A stretch of DNA of 64,000 nucleotides from the human T2T-CHM13v2.0 reference genome, Homo sapiens. The notes under the pieces are model-generated. The model saw only the letters and a list, made by a program, of their open reading frames with translations. It was not told where the DNA came from and searched no databases. The DNA is taken from the NCBI RefSeq assembly GCF_009914755.1, contig NC_060925.1, one strand, 5' to 3'. A program made the translations under genes and the position numbers. Shown here one piece after another: positions 1-12,250 of this stretch (positions are counted from its first letter, which is position 1; the number at the start of each line of letters is the position of its first letter).

Positions 1-100
1 AGGGTTGGTGTGAGGAATGAAATGTGGTAGCATAGGCAAAGTTTAGCAGAGTGCCTGTAATATAATTAAGACATCATAAGTACTTATTAAAATTTTGCTG
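1..100 (+). mobile_element. MIR 3' end fragment
   Basis: agggttggtgtgaggaatgaaatg...agcagagtgcctg resembles the MIR tail GGGTTGTTGTGAGGATTAAATGAG...ACAGTGCCTGG. Confidence 0.55.
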
Positions 101-199
101 CTAGTAGTCACAATTGGACCCCTTGGAGTGCTCCACAGCAGCACACTACTGGGAGCATACTAGGTGTGCCAAATATTGTTGGATGATTGAAACAATGCC

Positions 200-520
200 C
201 GTGGAAATGATGAAGATGTAGATGTGAAAAATGTTTTAGAGGTAAGAGCCAATAGAACTTAGCAGTTTACCTAATTATAGGAGGAGACAAGGTAGTGGGC
301 AGTCTTTAACTCAGGCCTGAGCCTAGAGAAAGGGAAGACCAGTGCTGCTTTTTTTTTTTTTTTTTTTTTTTGGAGCAGAAGTGGTGGGTGAGACAACATC
401 ATCAATTCAGAACTCATTTAGGGAGCATACTGAGTTATATGTTTAGTAGCAAGCTCAACCAACATTTGGTCCTGGAGCTGGGGAAAGAAATTATAGATGG
501 GAGAAAGGCATGAATTTCAT
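200..520 (-). mobile_element. L2 fragment containing a poly(T) run (~348-372)
   Basis: Purine-rich degenerate match to antisense L2 (ttttagaggtaagagccaatagaactt...). Confidence 0.45.
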
Positions 521-545
521 TTTAAGAAGGGGGACTTTTTTGAGC

Positions 546-712
546 CAATGCTTCTCTAACTTTAGTGTGCTTTGGAATAACCTGAGGAGGGTTTTAAGGG
601 GCATGCTTCTGGGTTTTATCTCTATAGATTCTGATCAATAAGGTAGGTCTGTGGTGGAATATGCATTTTGACAAATAGCTTAGATGATTTCACTGTGACT
701 TTGAACAAACTA
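546..712. mobile_element. MER5-like hAT-Charlie DNA transposon
   Basis: caatgcttctctaactttagtgtgc...agattctgat...tgcattttgacaa...gatgatt...actttgaacaaact follows the MER5A layout. Confidence 0.6.
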
Positions 713-1540
713 TTTATTATGAGTTTCAGTTTCTACCCTTATTAAATGAGAATGGTATCTACCTTTTGTAGGGTGAAAAGGAGGCGAGAACACGCAGGGG
801 TGTGTGTGTGTCTGTGTGTGCGCATGTGTGTGAAGGTTATATAAGGAAAGGAAGTAAAGAGTTTCTGGAAGAAAACATGGTATCCCATGTGGTATGACAA
901 GTCAGTAAAGGAAGGAGCGAGTGAGAAATGAAAGAAGGTTAGTGAGTTTGACATGCAGAAGCCACAGATGAGAAAATTGTGTTCTTGGACAGAATACTAG
1001 GGCAGGAAGAGGTTAGGAAGAGGGCAATGGGTGTTCCTTACTAATAGAATATTTAATGACACAGAAAAACATTAATGACATGTTTTTAAGTAAAATATAG
1101 TATAAATCAGAATGACACTATGTTTTGTTATAGCTAAGTAGTTATATTATGGGCAGTTTTTATTTTCTCCTTTTCATCAATGGTATTTATTAATTTTTCT
1201 ACAGTTAAAGTATTGGTTTCATAACAAAAAATAAACAGTCTTGAATTTTCTGAGTGGAGCTGAAAGAAAAAAGGTATCTCTAGGGATTACAGGACGGAGA
1301 GAAAGGCCTTTTCTTTTAAGGTCAGAAAACATTTTTGCTTGCTCTTTAGAGAAGGTAGAGGTGTTGTCAGGTGAGGATGAAATCCTGGAAGAACCAATCT
1401 GGAATTGTGTCAGATTGAAGGGTTATCCTTAGAATGGAGAAGGGAGACATTTTATGAAGAATTTCAGAGACAACTGATGAAAATATTAATGACAATACAA
1501 GAGCTAAAAGTACTGTCCTTTACATGGGAATTTTCAAAAT

Positions 1541-1800
1541 GCTAGTTCAATTGTTTTAAGATATTTTAATTAGAGCACGAAGTCACAGATTTGATCCCCT
1601 AATGGACCAGTTAACTTCTTCTCATTCCTAAAGGCTAAATAACTTAAGCTAACATCAGACACCTGTTTTGTAGAAAGATGTCAAGGGTCACCAAAACAAA
1701 AACACCATGCAAGAGAGGATGAATGGATCATTGCCAATTTATTGGTATCATGCAAGGAAAAGCACATATGTATTCATTACTAAGGTGCTCCAGTATGACT
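1541..1800 (+). mobile_element. MamSINE1-like ancient tRNA-derived SINE
   Basis: tRNA-like head (gtcacagatttgatcccctaatggaccagttaacttc) then gcaagagaggatgaatggatca, similar to the remembered MamSINE1 consensus. Confidence 0.5.
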
Positions 1801-2384
1801 TAGAACCTAACCTTACCTGAAGATCTGATTGAGGATGTAAAACCCTAAATCAAAGCTCACGTTGTAAAGTTTTCTTTCCTTGAAATGAACTGCCCGAAAA
1901 TGTTTGCCCATAGAGATCTAAGAAACACATTTTCAGGAAAATTGGTGCTTATCTGGACACTCGAGGGCATTGGTCACTGATTTCTAAGGCTGATGATTTA
2001 TGATATCGTCTTTCATGTAATGAGTTTCAGTTTTCCTGGATATTCAGACTGTTTCACCCTCTCTAAACCTTCCCCACTCAGGGAACTCATCAAGAGGATC
2101 ATGGATCACAGTCATCTGAGAAGAAGCTATTTGAGTAGCTTCTTTTGTGGTCAGACATTTGTTGGTCCCTAGAGCGTTTACTAAATGGGACTCGATTCCA
2201 TTTACCTGCCTGGAATGCTGCAGTTTTAAGTACTCCCTACTGGATTCCTGTCTGTAATGTCTTCTGAAATGTTGCCTGGTAGTATAACAGAAGCTGCAGG
2301 GTTGCAGTGCATTCATTTAATTATGCAGGAATAATGAGAAATTAAATAGCATTCTGATTCACAACTGAGGCTGAATCTGTAGCT

Positions 2385-2605
2385 GTTAGAAATATGGATA
2401 TTGGTGTCAGACAGAATCTGGTCTGAGACCCCCCTCTGCAAATCATTAGCTCTAAATCTCTAAGGCTCAGTTTCTCAACTGTTGTATAAAAGTCACTTCC
2501 TTTATAAGGTTATAGTGAGTAGTGAATAAGATAATGCATGTTTATTAATTGTATAGTACCTAGCATATGTTAATAGTAAATGCTTACTAAATATTAGTGG
2601 TTACT
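2385..2605 (+). mobile_element. MIR
   Basis: ctctaaggctcagtttctc core; gataatgcatgt...cctagcatatg...tgcttactaaatattag tail. Confidence 0.6.
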
Positions 2606-3009
2606 ACTTCTCCTGTTACTGTTACTTGTCCGTATACCCAGAGAGTATCTCCAGAAACATAAAACAAGTGTGTTCCAAGGAAAGATATTAATTTGCCACA
2701 TAGCCAGAACATAAGATTTATATAGGAATGAAATTAGAAGAATTAGCAATTTTCCTTTCACAGTTAAGGACTTTGGATAAGAACATGATTTTGGATAGGT
2801 GCTCTCTGGGGGCAGTTTTGGGATTAGCAGACATCAAAATCCAAGACATTATATCCATCTCCTAGGTCAAGGCAGTTGAGAAGCACCTGTTGATGGGACA
2901 AAGGAAAATAAAGTGTGAATTCAAAAAAAAAAATCTTGCTTATCTTCAATGCTAGATTTTGTGTGAAAATATGTAAATAGGTCTGTGCAAGTTTTGTGTA
3001 TAGTTCAGA

Positions 3010-3225
3010 CAACATGGATTGGGGGTTCAGACATTGCTTTGGATTTAGACAGATCTGTGTTTGAGTGCCTGATGAATCACTTTACTATCTGTGAGCTCCT
3101 GAGCAAGATACATAACCTCTATAAACCATATCCTCCTCCCTCTGTGGAAACTAATATAGATGCTGAACACCTGTTAGCAGAGAGCATGGCATGAGATAAA
3201 TAATCAGTACATGTTAGTTATATTT
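3010..3225 (+). mobile_element. MIR with internal deletion
   Basis: ctttggatttagacagatctgtgtttgag...tactatctgtgagctcctgagcaag. Confidence 0.5.
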
Positions 3226-3489
3226 TTCTATGTGCGAATGTGGCGTCAATATGTATTCAGGCAGACAACAACATTTTATCCCTAGGAAGTTCTCATGTGT
3301 GTCCAGATAAAATCAAGAATTTGTTTTTCAAGCCTGTTACTGTATTGATATAGAAATGAATAACCCAGAGATTCTTTTTTCATAGAACCCTTTCCGGGCA
3401 ATTAACATATGAATTGCTCAGATAGCCACTGGGGACAATCACACAGCCTAAGGAAGTACAGGGGGAAGGGCTATGGAGGCACAGGTTCT

Positions 3490-3680
3490 ATGTGCCCAGT
3501 ACTGTTCCAAGCACCTGCCAAGTAATCTCTTTTGCAAACCTCACATTAATGCTATGAGATAGGCAAATCTCATCTGTATTTATAGACAAATAAAATAAGA
3601 CTCAAAAAGATTAAGTATCTTGCCCAAAGTTATATAGCTTGTGAGAGAAGGCAGGACTTAAACCCTGGCCTGTTGTCTTT
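3490..3680 (-). mobile_element. MIR
   Basis: atgctatgagatagg...agattaagtatcttgcccaaagttatatagct. Confidence 0.6.
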
Positions 3681-4644
3681 AAAGGCACTTTTAAGCTAGT
3701 GTCAATTGTGTAGCAAAAACAAATGTAATATTGTTATGACTATATTGTGGAACAACAACAGAACCCCCATGATGTCCCGGTGTACTCTTGTGAGTCTTAG
3801 TTTGACTGAATTGATCCCAGATGTTAAACGCTAAATGCAATGCACTATTTTAGGTTTTTTTCTTCCTCCCTGCTATTCAGATGCAACCATTAACACAGTC
3901 AGGAAGTAAAATGTTACATCTGAGATAAATGCCGTGTTCATGTTCCTTTTTTCCCTCTCTCACTGTGTAAGATAAGAATTTTGTTATTATGCGACAATAG
4001 TTTTATTAGGAATAAAACACATGTAGGTTCATATGCCTCCAGGGCAATCGCATGCAGACAAGGAGCTCAGCACCCAGCAGGCATGCATATGGGAGTTTCT
4101 TACCCAACTATGTTTCTACTAACCTTACTTTCCTTAGCACCTACAGTGGTTTCCCCAGGCCACATCAGCCCAGGGGTGAAATTCAGTGGTGGAATACCAT
4201 TAACAAACAATATCTCTTTGACTGTCTATACTTTCATTATTGTGTGACCCCATCCCTACAGAAGGATTCCCTCAGTTATTACACAGAGAGTTGCTCATGT
4301 ACAGAGTCTCACCAGATACCAAAGACTATCAGCTGGTTTCTTCCTCGCATGTTCTGACTTCCTGAAATGATGGTGCTGTGCAGGCTTGTGTGAAGTAACT
4401 GGCTCAGTCTCCAAAATATGCTGTTTTGGGGCCTCCAAAACAGCATTTGGAATCTTAAGGATACTGCTTGGTGCAGCAACTGAGCAGCACCAAGGGCTTG
4501 CTGTGTTCTCTGGAATTCCTGAATCCACATCTACTTCTGTATGCTTCAGTAATGGGCGAATACCCAGCTCTCCCATTTGAGTGCTTTACTCTATAAACCA
4601 TAGTGGATCGGAGTAGGGGTGGAGAATCATACTCCCTCCTCCTG

Positions 4645-4772
4645 GGGTCTGAGTTTCAGCTCTTCTGTCTGGTGGCAGTGTGACTATGGGCAATTATTTA
4701 ATCTCTGTTTGCCTACGTTTCCTCATCTGTAAAGTGGGGTTAACAATAAGAGTACTTACCTCACAGGGTTGT
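4645..4772 (+). mobile_element. MIR core
   Basis: tgtgactatgggcaattatttaatctctgtttgcctacgtttcctcatctgtaaagtgggg...agtacttacctcacagggttgt. Confidence 0.75.
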
Positions 4773-5204
4773 ACCTAGTCCAGAGTGAGGGCTCAGCAAA
4801 TGTTGGCCACTGTTAATATTGTATGAGTCCTCAAATCTAACTGGCTCTGGCACCCAGGATACAGTGCAGAGATTTTTATCTTTTCCTCTTTCACTTTATA
4901 CTTGCAGCTCCTCTCCCTAGGACTCAACCTTGAGCTGGAGGATGCTGTGAGTAGTAAGCACTTGGGTTTATTCAGGAATGCCCTGCTTTCCAACTCTGTG
5001 GCACTAACCTTCATTACATTTGTGTGCCTTTATTATTCCTTCCTTAGGTTTGACTAGCTGGCTCCTCGGTTGGTCCCTTGAGCAAATCAATTCTGTTGGT
5101 ACTAGGTTCGCAGGCATCCAAATGGGCTAAGATATGTCTGATGTTTGAATCCTAGCTGAATTTCCTTTTGGCTCAAGCTGGAAACAAGGATTCATATTCT
5201 CAAT

Positions 5205-5207
5205 CTG

Positions 5208-5254
<47 letters not shown>

Positions 5255-5272
5255 TACACACACACACACACA
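5205..5272. repeat. Compound (CT)n(CA)n microsatellite
   Basis: Directly visible. Confidence 0.95.
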
Positions 5273-6109
5273 GATAGACAGACACATGGAGTTATATTTT
5301 TTCAGCCCTGAAACCTTCCATTACCATTTGGTTATATACTTGACTTCTTAGATATACTTGAATTCTTGTTAAATCTCATTCAAAGATACTTTTTCACTGA
5401 AATTTCAACAGAACGTCATTGTGAAATGATGTTTTATATGAAACCTCCCAAGTAATCTTTCAGTGATACTAATTAGTTCTTCAGTTACCTGAAACCAGAA
5501 TTAAAGAATTGTTCACTAATGAAAACATTCACTTTAGCAGTTTGTTCAAGAATACCTATTTGTATGACTTCTAGATAATAAATTATCTATTCTTCTTTTG
5601 TTCTTATTCAAGTACTATGTAAGTATCAGGTAATCCACATCTGCTATTCTTGCATCAACTTTAAAACATTTAATTCTTTTTTCCTCGTTGAGATTTGAAT
5701 CACAAGGATTCTTTTCTAAAGGCAAAGTTGAAACAATGCTTCCAAGACAAAAATAGCATTATCCCTTATGCCAGTAATATTTGAACTTAGGTATTCATCT
5801 ACTCTCACTTTCCTGCTCTTTCTTAGTATTAATACACTATTCAGTGTTTGCTTGTTACATGCCAGGACATTTTACATCCATGAGGTCAGACTCAACTGTT
5901 ATTTTGTGAACTATGAAGTGTATATATATAATAGTTTTTCATTCAACACATCAGCAAAGATTCCAATTTAGGTTATAGTAAACTACTTGCATGTTTACAG
6001 AAAAGTCAAATGCTCACTCCTGTTAAAGTATGGCAATCATTTCCATGTTAAAGTTTATTCCAGAGTCTTGAAGTCAGCACATTTCCAAGTAGCTGAAAAA
6101 CAACTGCAA

Positions 6110-6262
6110 TAATAATAATAATTAATATTGACTGTATGACTACTACATGCCACCCTATGGGTGAGATAGTTTACAATAACTTTACAATAAATTCATTGTG
6201 CAGGTCCTGTTATTATTCCAGTTGTATAAATAAGGAAAATGAGGTTCAGGGAAGTTGAATAT
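6110..6262 (-). mobile_element. MIR
   Basis: ttattattccagttgtataaataaggaaaatgaggttcagggaagtt. Confidence 0.6.
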
Positions 6263-6925
6263 GCCACTGATATGGATTCAGATTCATACAATAATAGTGT
6301 TTCCTAATTCTGATGAGGCTGTAAGAAAGACCTGAGTCACCAAAACCATCCCCACCAGCCAATGGGGAGTCTCAGCTGGCATAACATATGAACCAGGTAA
6401 GTGAACATAAATGGCAAGACAAGCCATGTGCTGTGGTCAGCCTTCCAGGGCTGGCAGCATTGCTCCCCGCAGTGCATTTCTATTGAACTAATCATGGTTA
6501 ATGTCATCAGAATAACTTCTCAGTGAAGCAAGAATCTCCTCACCAGCAGGAAACTGATAAAGATGGCTTGAGGATGCATGAAACATAGCCTTGGACTGGC
6601 TTCATGCTAGATGCCTTTCAAAGATGTGTAGCTGCATGCGTAACCTAGCAAGTTGCTAGACTGATTGGAACTGCTCATATTGAGCAAAGGGCTGGCTGCA
6701 AGTCTAGGAAAGTGGGAATGTCATAAATGAAGAAGGGCTCTTCGGATGGCAGCCCCAGTTAATAACTGATTGCAGGGCAATCAATCTTTGCTCAATATGT
6801 ACATGTCCCTCAGTTGATCCAGCATTGGCCTTCTCAGCCTCATCTGTATACACTTGATGTCATTTTCTCATCAAGTATGCCGTCTCTAAAAATAAAAGAC
6901 AGCAAGCATTACTAAAGCTGGAATG

Positions 6926-6960
6926 ATTGCTTCTAGGCCTTTTGGCTAAGATCAAGTGCA
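6926..6960 (+). pseudogene. 3'-truncated U2 snRNA retropseudogene (U2 nt 1-35)
   Basis: attgcttctaggccttttggctaagatcaagtgca matches U2 ATCGCTTCTCGGCCTTTTGGCTAAGATCAAGTGTA at 32/35; flanked by the direct repeat aaagctggaatg at 6914-6925 and 6961-6972. Confidence 0.95.
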
Positions 6961-8529
6961 AAAGCTGGAATGAGAATATTCCTTTGCTGCCCTCTCAGGC
7001 TCTTAATCCTGTCTTTCCAGAGCAGCTTATTTATACTACAGAATTTGTGATGTGTTTAATATATTTCAAAGTTTTTTCATTTGTTTTTAAATGAGAATTT
7101 ATGGAAAGGGTTCTGCTCTGAAAAGAGAAGCAATTGGAAAAATGCTTAGAGATGGAGGTACCAGTGTGTTGGGCTGCTCTGTGGGGAGTTGGGAAGCTGA
7201 TTCCTGTAATATCTTATCTTCCCTTCTCTCACTTCTAAAGATTGCTATGCCATGACAGTTTGCAAAAACTTTTGGGCACTTTTTTTTTTATTTAAAAATA
7301 TTATTTTTAGCGTCTCAAGTGATTCCTTCACTTAAGTCATAGTGCTTAGTATTTCTGCATTTACTGTGAATTCTGTTGGAAATAGCGATGATCCTCTGAG
7401 AGACAGCTGGAAAAAAATGCAGTGGTTCCTCTCTTGGAGGAAGGAAATGTATTTCCTGAGCAGAGTTGCTCTGCTTTGTAATCTCATGGGAATATGCTAA
7501 TGACCCTGAAAACTGAATTTATTTTTTTAGAAACACTGTTCTGTGGTTTCTGGGATTTTGGCTTATTTGTAAAGATGGCAAAGACTGGTTCTAGAATTCT
7601 TCACTGAGGCAAAATATGGAAGATAAATTGAGGAAACTAAGTATTAAATATATAAATGATAATATTGGGACCTACTCAAAAATGTGTAGTTTCTTATAAT
7701 TTGCTGGATTATTGTGGCTGTTTGTTACACTAGTTTTATAATCACTTATAATAATTATGAAAGCTAAAGAAATAGTGATATCACAAGAAATTTTTACTTC
7801 TGGACATCCCTCGGTGTAAGAGTGATGTAAGGTCCCCACCTGTATGCGGGTGGGGGAAAAGACAGCCCTTATGCCCTTTCCTGCAGGTTCCAGTCAGTCC
7901 ATTGATGGGCAGTCTGTATCAGACAGATCTCTAGAAAGTCTGCAGTTTCTGCAGGATTTGTTCCAGATAAGAACAGATAAGAAGATAAGAGAGCTCTATG
8001 GGAATAAAGAGGCTAAGAGTGGGTACAGTGCAGCTGGAAGCTGGACCCAAAGAAGCATTTTTAGGACTCTGGAAAGACTGAGTCAATAGAATAGGATTTG
8101 AATACTGTTTCTTTACATAGCAGCCAAACAAATTATCTAAACCTTGTTTTCTTCACCTTGTTTTCCTTTTGATTCTTGACCTTAGGTATGGTTTTCTATA
8201 TTTAAGATGGGAATATTAATAACAAAATTTACCTTGTGATTTTCAAACATGCATTATTTAGGAATGTGCTTTTTAAGCTATAACAGAAAAACAAGTTATT
8301 CTTAGGTCTGCCAAAACTTTGAACACATATTTAATGCTGAGAGCCTAGAAATGTAGAGTAGTTGACATTTGACCCACTAGTTGGCCTTGGTAGATAATAC
8401 AGCAATAAGATGCAGTACTAACGAATTTCAAAGATGAGTGAATTTTTTTCTTTGTACCACGTGAAGTACTTCCTAGAATGAGTAGCTTCTAATGTGTTAT
8501 CCATATATTGAATTACAATGAATAAAGGA

Positions 8530-8745
8530 AGTATTGTGATAGAATGGGAGAGAGCTTGGACTTTGGAATTAGGTAAAGATGGGTTTGGAGCCAGTTTCTG
8601 ATAATAACCAAATGTATGATGAAGTACTTGACTGAGAGTCTCTGTTTCCTTGCCTGTAGAACAAACATAAATATCCCTGCCTTGCAGATTTTACGCAGAG
8701 ATGATTCATGTAAACTACCTGTACAATAAAAGATCAATACAATGC
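8530..8745 (+). mobile_element. MIR
   Basis: gagagcttggactttggaattagg...tctgtttccttgcctgtagaa...gagatgattcatgtaaa. Confidence 0.6.
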
Positions 8746-11659
8746 CATGATGGCCATGATGATCATCATAAAAATCAATTCTAATTAATAAGCTCAATTG
8801 CTGGCATAAACAAGCAGAGGTGCCCACCACTGCACCCACTCAGTACTGGATCGCTTCTCAGTACTGGATGTAGCCTCTGCACTGTCTTGAGTTACAGAGG
8901 TCAAGTGAGCAGGCTGTGGAGCTAAGTAGCCTGACTTCAACTCCTGAATGCCATTTACTGCGGTAAATGGTGGTTAATTCAGATAAGAGATTTATGCTAA
9001 ATACAATTCCATGTGTCTTCTCAACAGATTGTATACTTTTTCTAGGACTATTTGTGGTATTTTGGGGCTAATTCATCTCAGATGGCTAGTCATTTGCTCC
9101 TTATGATATGAGTAGGTTAGATTATCATACATTGCCAAATTAATTACAATTCTGAGAACTTCACCACTTGTTAAATTACATTGCCTCTCACAGAAGGGAA
9201 GATAACCAAACAGATGAACTCCTGGATGATAACCATCAAGTTCAGGCCAGTGAGGTGTGCAGATTGAAGGAGGGCCAGTTCCCAGTATCTGTAAGCTGGT
9301 CCTCGGTGGCCTCTGTCTACTTTAGCATCTTGGATACTGCCAGGCCATGGAAGGAAGGCAAATTGTTGCCAACGAGAATGAAATGAAATTAACATATGGC
9401 TACAATAGAAGAAATAGATTTAGTCCATGGATTGACCCCTCCATTTAGAAAGTCTCAAGTGAAATCAGTCTGGAAACTTACCAGGCTTTTTCCATATATC
9501 TGTGAGTATTTTATACTTTGGATGGTCTTCCTATACACAGAAAGAATAATGAAGGCCTCTTGATTCAGAAACTCTGAATAGCAGCTTGGTACTATGTGGA
9601 TATTTAACAGATCAAATTCTAAGGTTAGCCTCATTTGGTCCTTATTGTCTTAAGTCAAGGTGAATAGAATGAAGGGACACAATGTGTAACCTTCTTTATT
9701 TTCTACTTACTAAAACATTTCAAGATCAGATCCTTTCTACTATAATAGTATCTTTTCAAATGAAGGCAAGTACAGATCCAGAATAATAACATGTAAAGGA
9801 CACTTAATGCACAGTGGAGTTTTTATAGGTGAAATATTCCAACAAAGTATTGGTTATACCCCACCGCTAAAGAAACCACAAAATGACTGCTTAAACCAAT
9901 TCTTCTCTATATACCTTTCCCTTCTTCCATGGAAACCAGAAACTCTGGGTCTTGTGCCTTCCATGGTTTCTCCCTTTTAACAAATATGCCTTGTGTTCTT
10001 TCACTTACTAATTGGTGTCACCATGTGCTTATATTGCTAACAATTTAAATAGAGCAGTTCCTTTGAAAATATAATCTCCTTTTAAATGCATCATCATTTT
10101 GAAGTGGTCTCATAAATTTTGTTGCTGGTTTGGGACCTTAAACGGTATATTTATTTATATTAAAGTCTGCCTGCTGTTCGTCTTGAGATATTATATTTGT
10201 ATAGTTAAGAGAAGTGATGAGCCAAATTTAATTTTCTTTCTACTCTGGAATGCCTTGCATCTTGTAATCACCATTGATTGCCTACTTACTAGTCAGAATC
10301 AATAAAAGGAATAGAGGTAAAATTGTCCAATCTCATGTTTTGTAATATAATAGTCTAGTCAAAATGGAGGGTACTAATAGCATTCAGCTGCATAGACATT
10401 ATCTGATAATGATAGTGTGTATAGCTCAGACTACAGAGAAACAAATTAAAGCTGGAAGCTCAAATATTGGACTTTATTTTATTTAGGATAAGGTTTATGC
10501 ACAAATCTCATCAGAATATGCTTTTTCCATTTTATGGATAATAATGTAATTTTTATTAGCTTTTTATCATTTTAATTGCATTTCCTTTCAGAGACCACTA
10601 ACATGTTCTACTTTTGTTTCAAGGTTGTCTCTAATATGACTGATACATTTGCCTAAAGTCCATCAATATGAGATTATGGAAACATTAAACCATATAGACC
10701 TGTCTGAGAATAACAGCTTTCAATTTCAGGTCTATATAAATAAGCAAAATCTTGGAGATAGAAGATAAGAAATACTACTAAGCAGTCAGAGACTTGGTCT
10801 GCTATTTTTAAGCATTCACATTTCTCTACTTATTGTGCTTTGTAGATTTCAGAAAATACTTTTATTGAGCTTAAATATTTCTAACAGGATTGTTGTTTAT
10901 ATGAAGTCTCTTGAACTCTAGCATTCCACTGGGAGTAGACTTTAGATCACTCAATGATATTCAAACTTTTAGGTCTTTCAGTAAACAACCTTGATTTTAA
11001 AAAGAAATGCAATGTGTACAATTTCAAAGCCCATCCTTAAATGAGCTTTACTGAGGAAATCAATCTTAGCAATTGATAAATTACGTCTTTTATTGGAAGA
11101 GAAATTGTGCTCATGGCATTTTGGAAAACATTCAGCATGGTGGTCAAGTTCTTTTAGTGAGTTCCCCGCCGATCATGGTCTTTCACTGTTCCCCACATCT
11201 AGAAGCCAGAACCCTTCCCCAGATAGCTTTCAAATACAATGATTAGAGAGTGTACATGGAATAGAAATCTTACTTGTAGATTTTGATTAGGGATTAATTA
11301 CTTAATTTTCTGTTGCCTGTTCAGGATGGTTAATGACCATATGGCTTTGACATTTTTTTGCTCCTTTTTATATTAAGTTTTTCTTACTGGAAGCCATGTA
11401 ATTAGAACCACCTTTCCTATCTCATGTTCCTGTCTTCATTGGCGTCTACTCTAAAGCCATACAGGATTTTTGTTTCAGAATAAGAGTTGCATTAGATCGA
11501 GGGGCGGATAATTAGCTGAACTAATTTTGCCTGTATTGTTCTGTCACTTTATACCCCGGAGCCCTGGAGATAGGCTTTTTAGTTATCGATTTTTACCTTT
11601 ATATGGGATAAAATTTTGTAATAGAGAGGGAATAACTTATACATCTAATAGCATAATGA

Positions 11660-11976
<317 letters not shown>

Positions 11977-12019
11977 CCTTTTCAGTTTTTTTTTCGGAAA
12001 TGTATGTTCAGTGATAGTC

Positions 12020-12250
12020 ATTTTTCATGCTTATTGAGTGCTTACTCTGTGGCAAGCACTGTTCTAAATACTACATATGTTTCCTCTTTTGATCCACGCA
12101 GCCATTTCATGAGGTAGCTATTATTCCCCTCTATTGTATGGATAAGAAAACTGTTGCACAGAGAGGGTAAGTAACATGCCTAAGATGATACAGCCAAAAA
12201 ATTACAGAAGCAATATTTGAATTTCTCTTCTTCCCACTCTTAACAACATA
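12020..12250 (-). mobile_element. MIR
   Basis: ttattgagtgcttactctgtggcaagcactgttctaa...cagagagggtaagtaacatgcctaagat. Confidence 0.75.

Noticed and set aside
3981-4580. Cluster of overlapping 64-101-aa ORFs on both strands
   Set aside because: No recognisable domain or convincing splice sites; overlapping short ORFs are expected in a locally GC-richer patch
6644-6668. MHC class II-like X-Y promoter module (cctagcaa...ctgattgg)
   Set aside because: X-to-Y spacing is much shorter than the fixed spacing of class II promoters, and no X2 (CRE-like) site is present; kept only as a generic RFX/NF-Y motif pair
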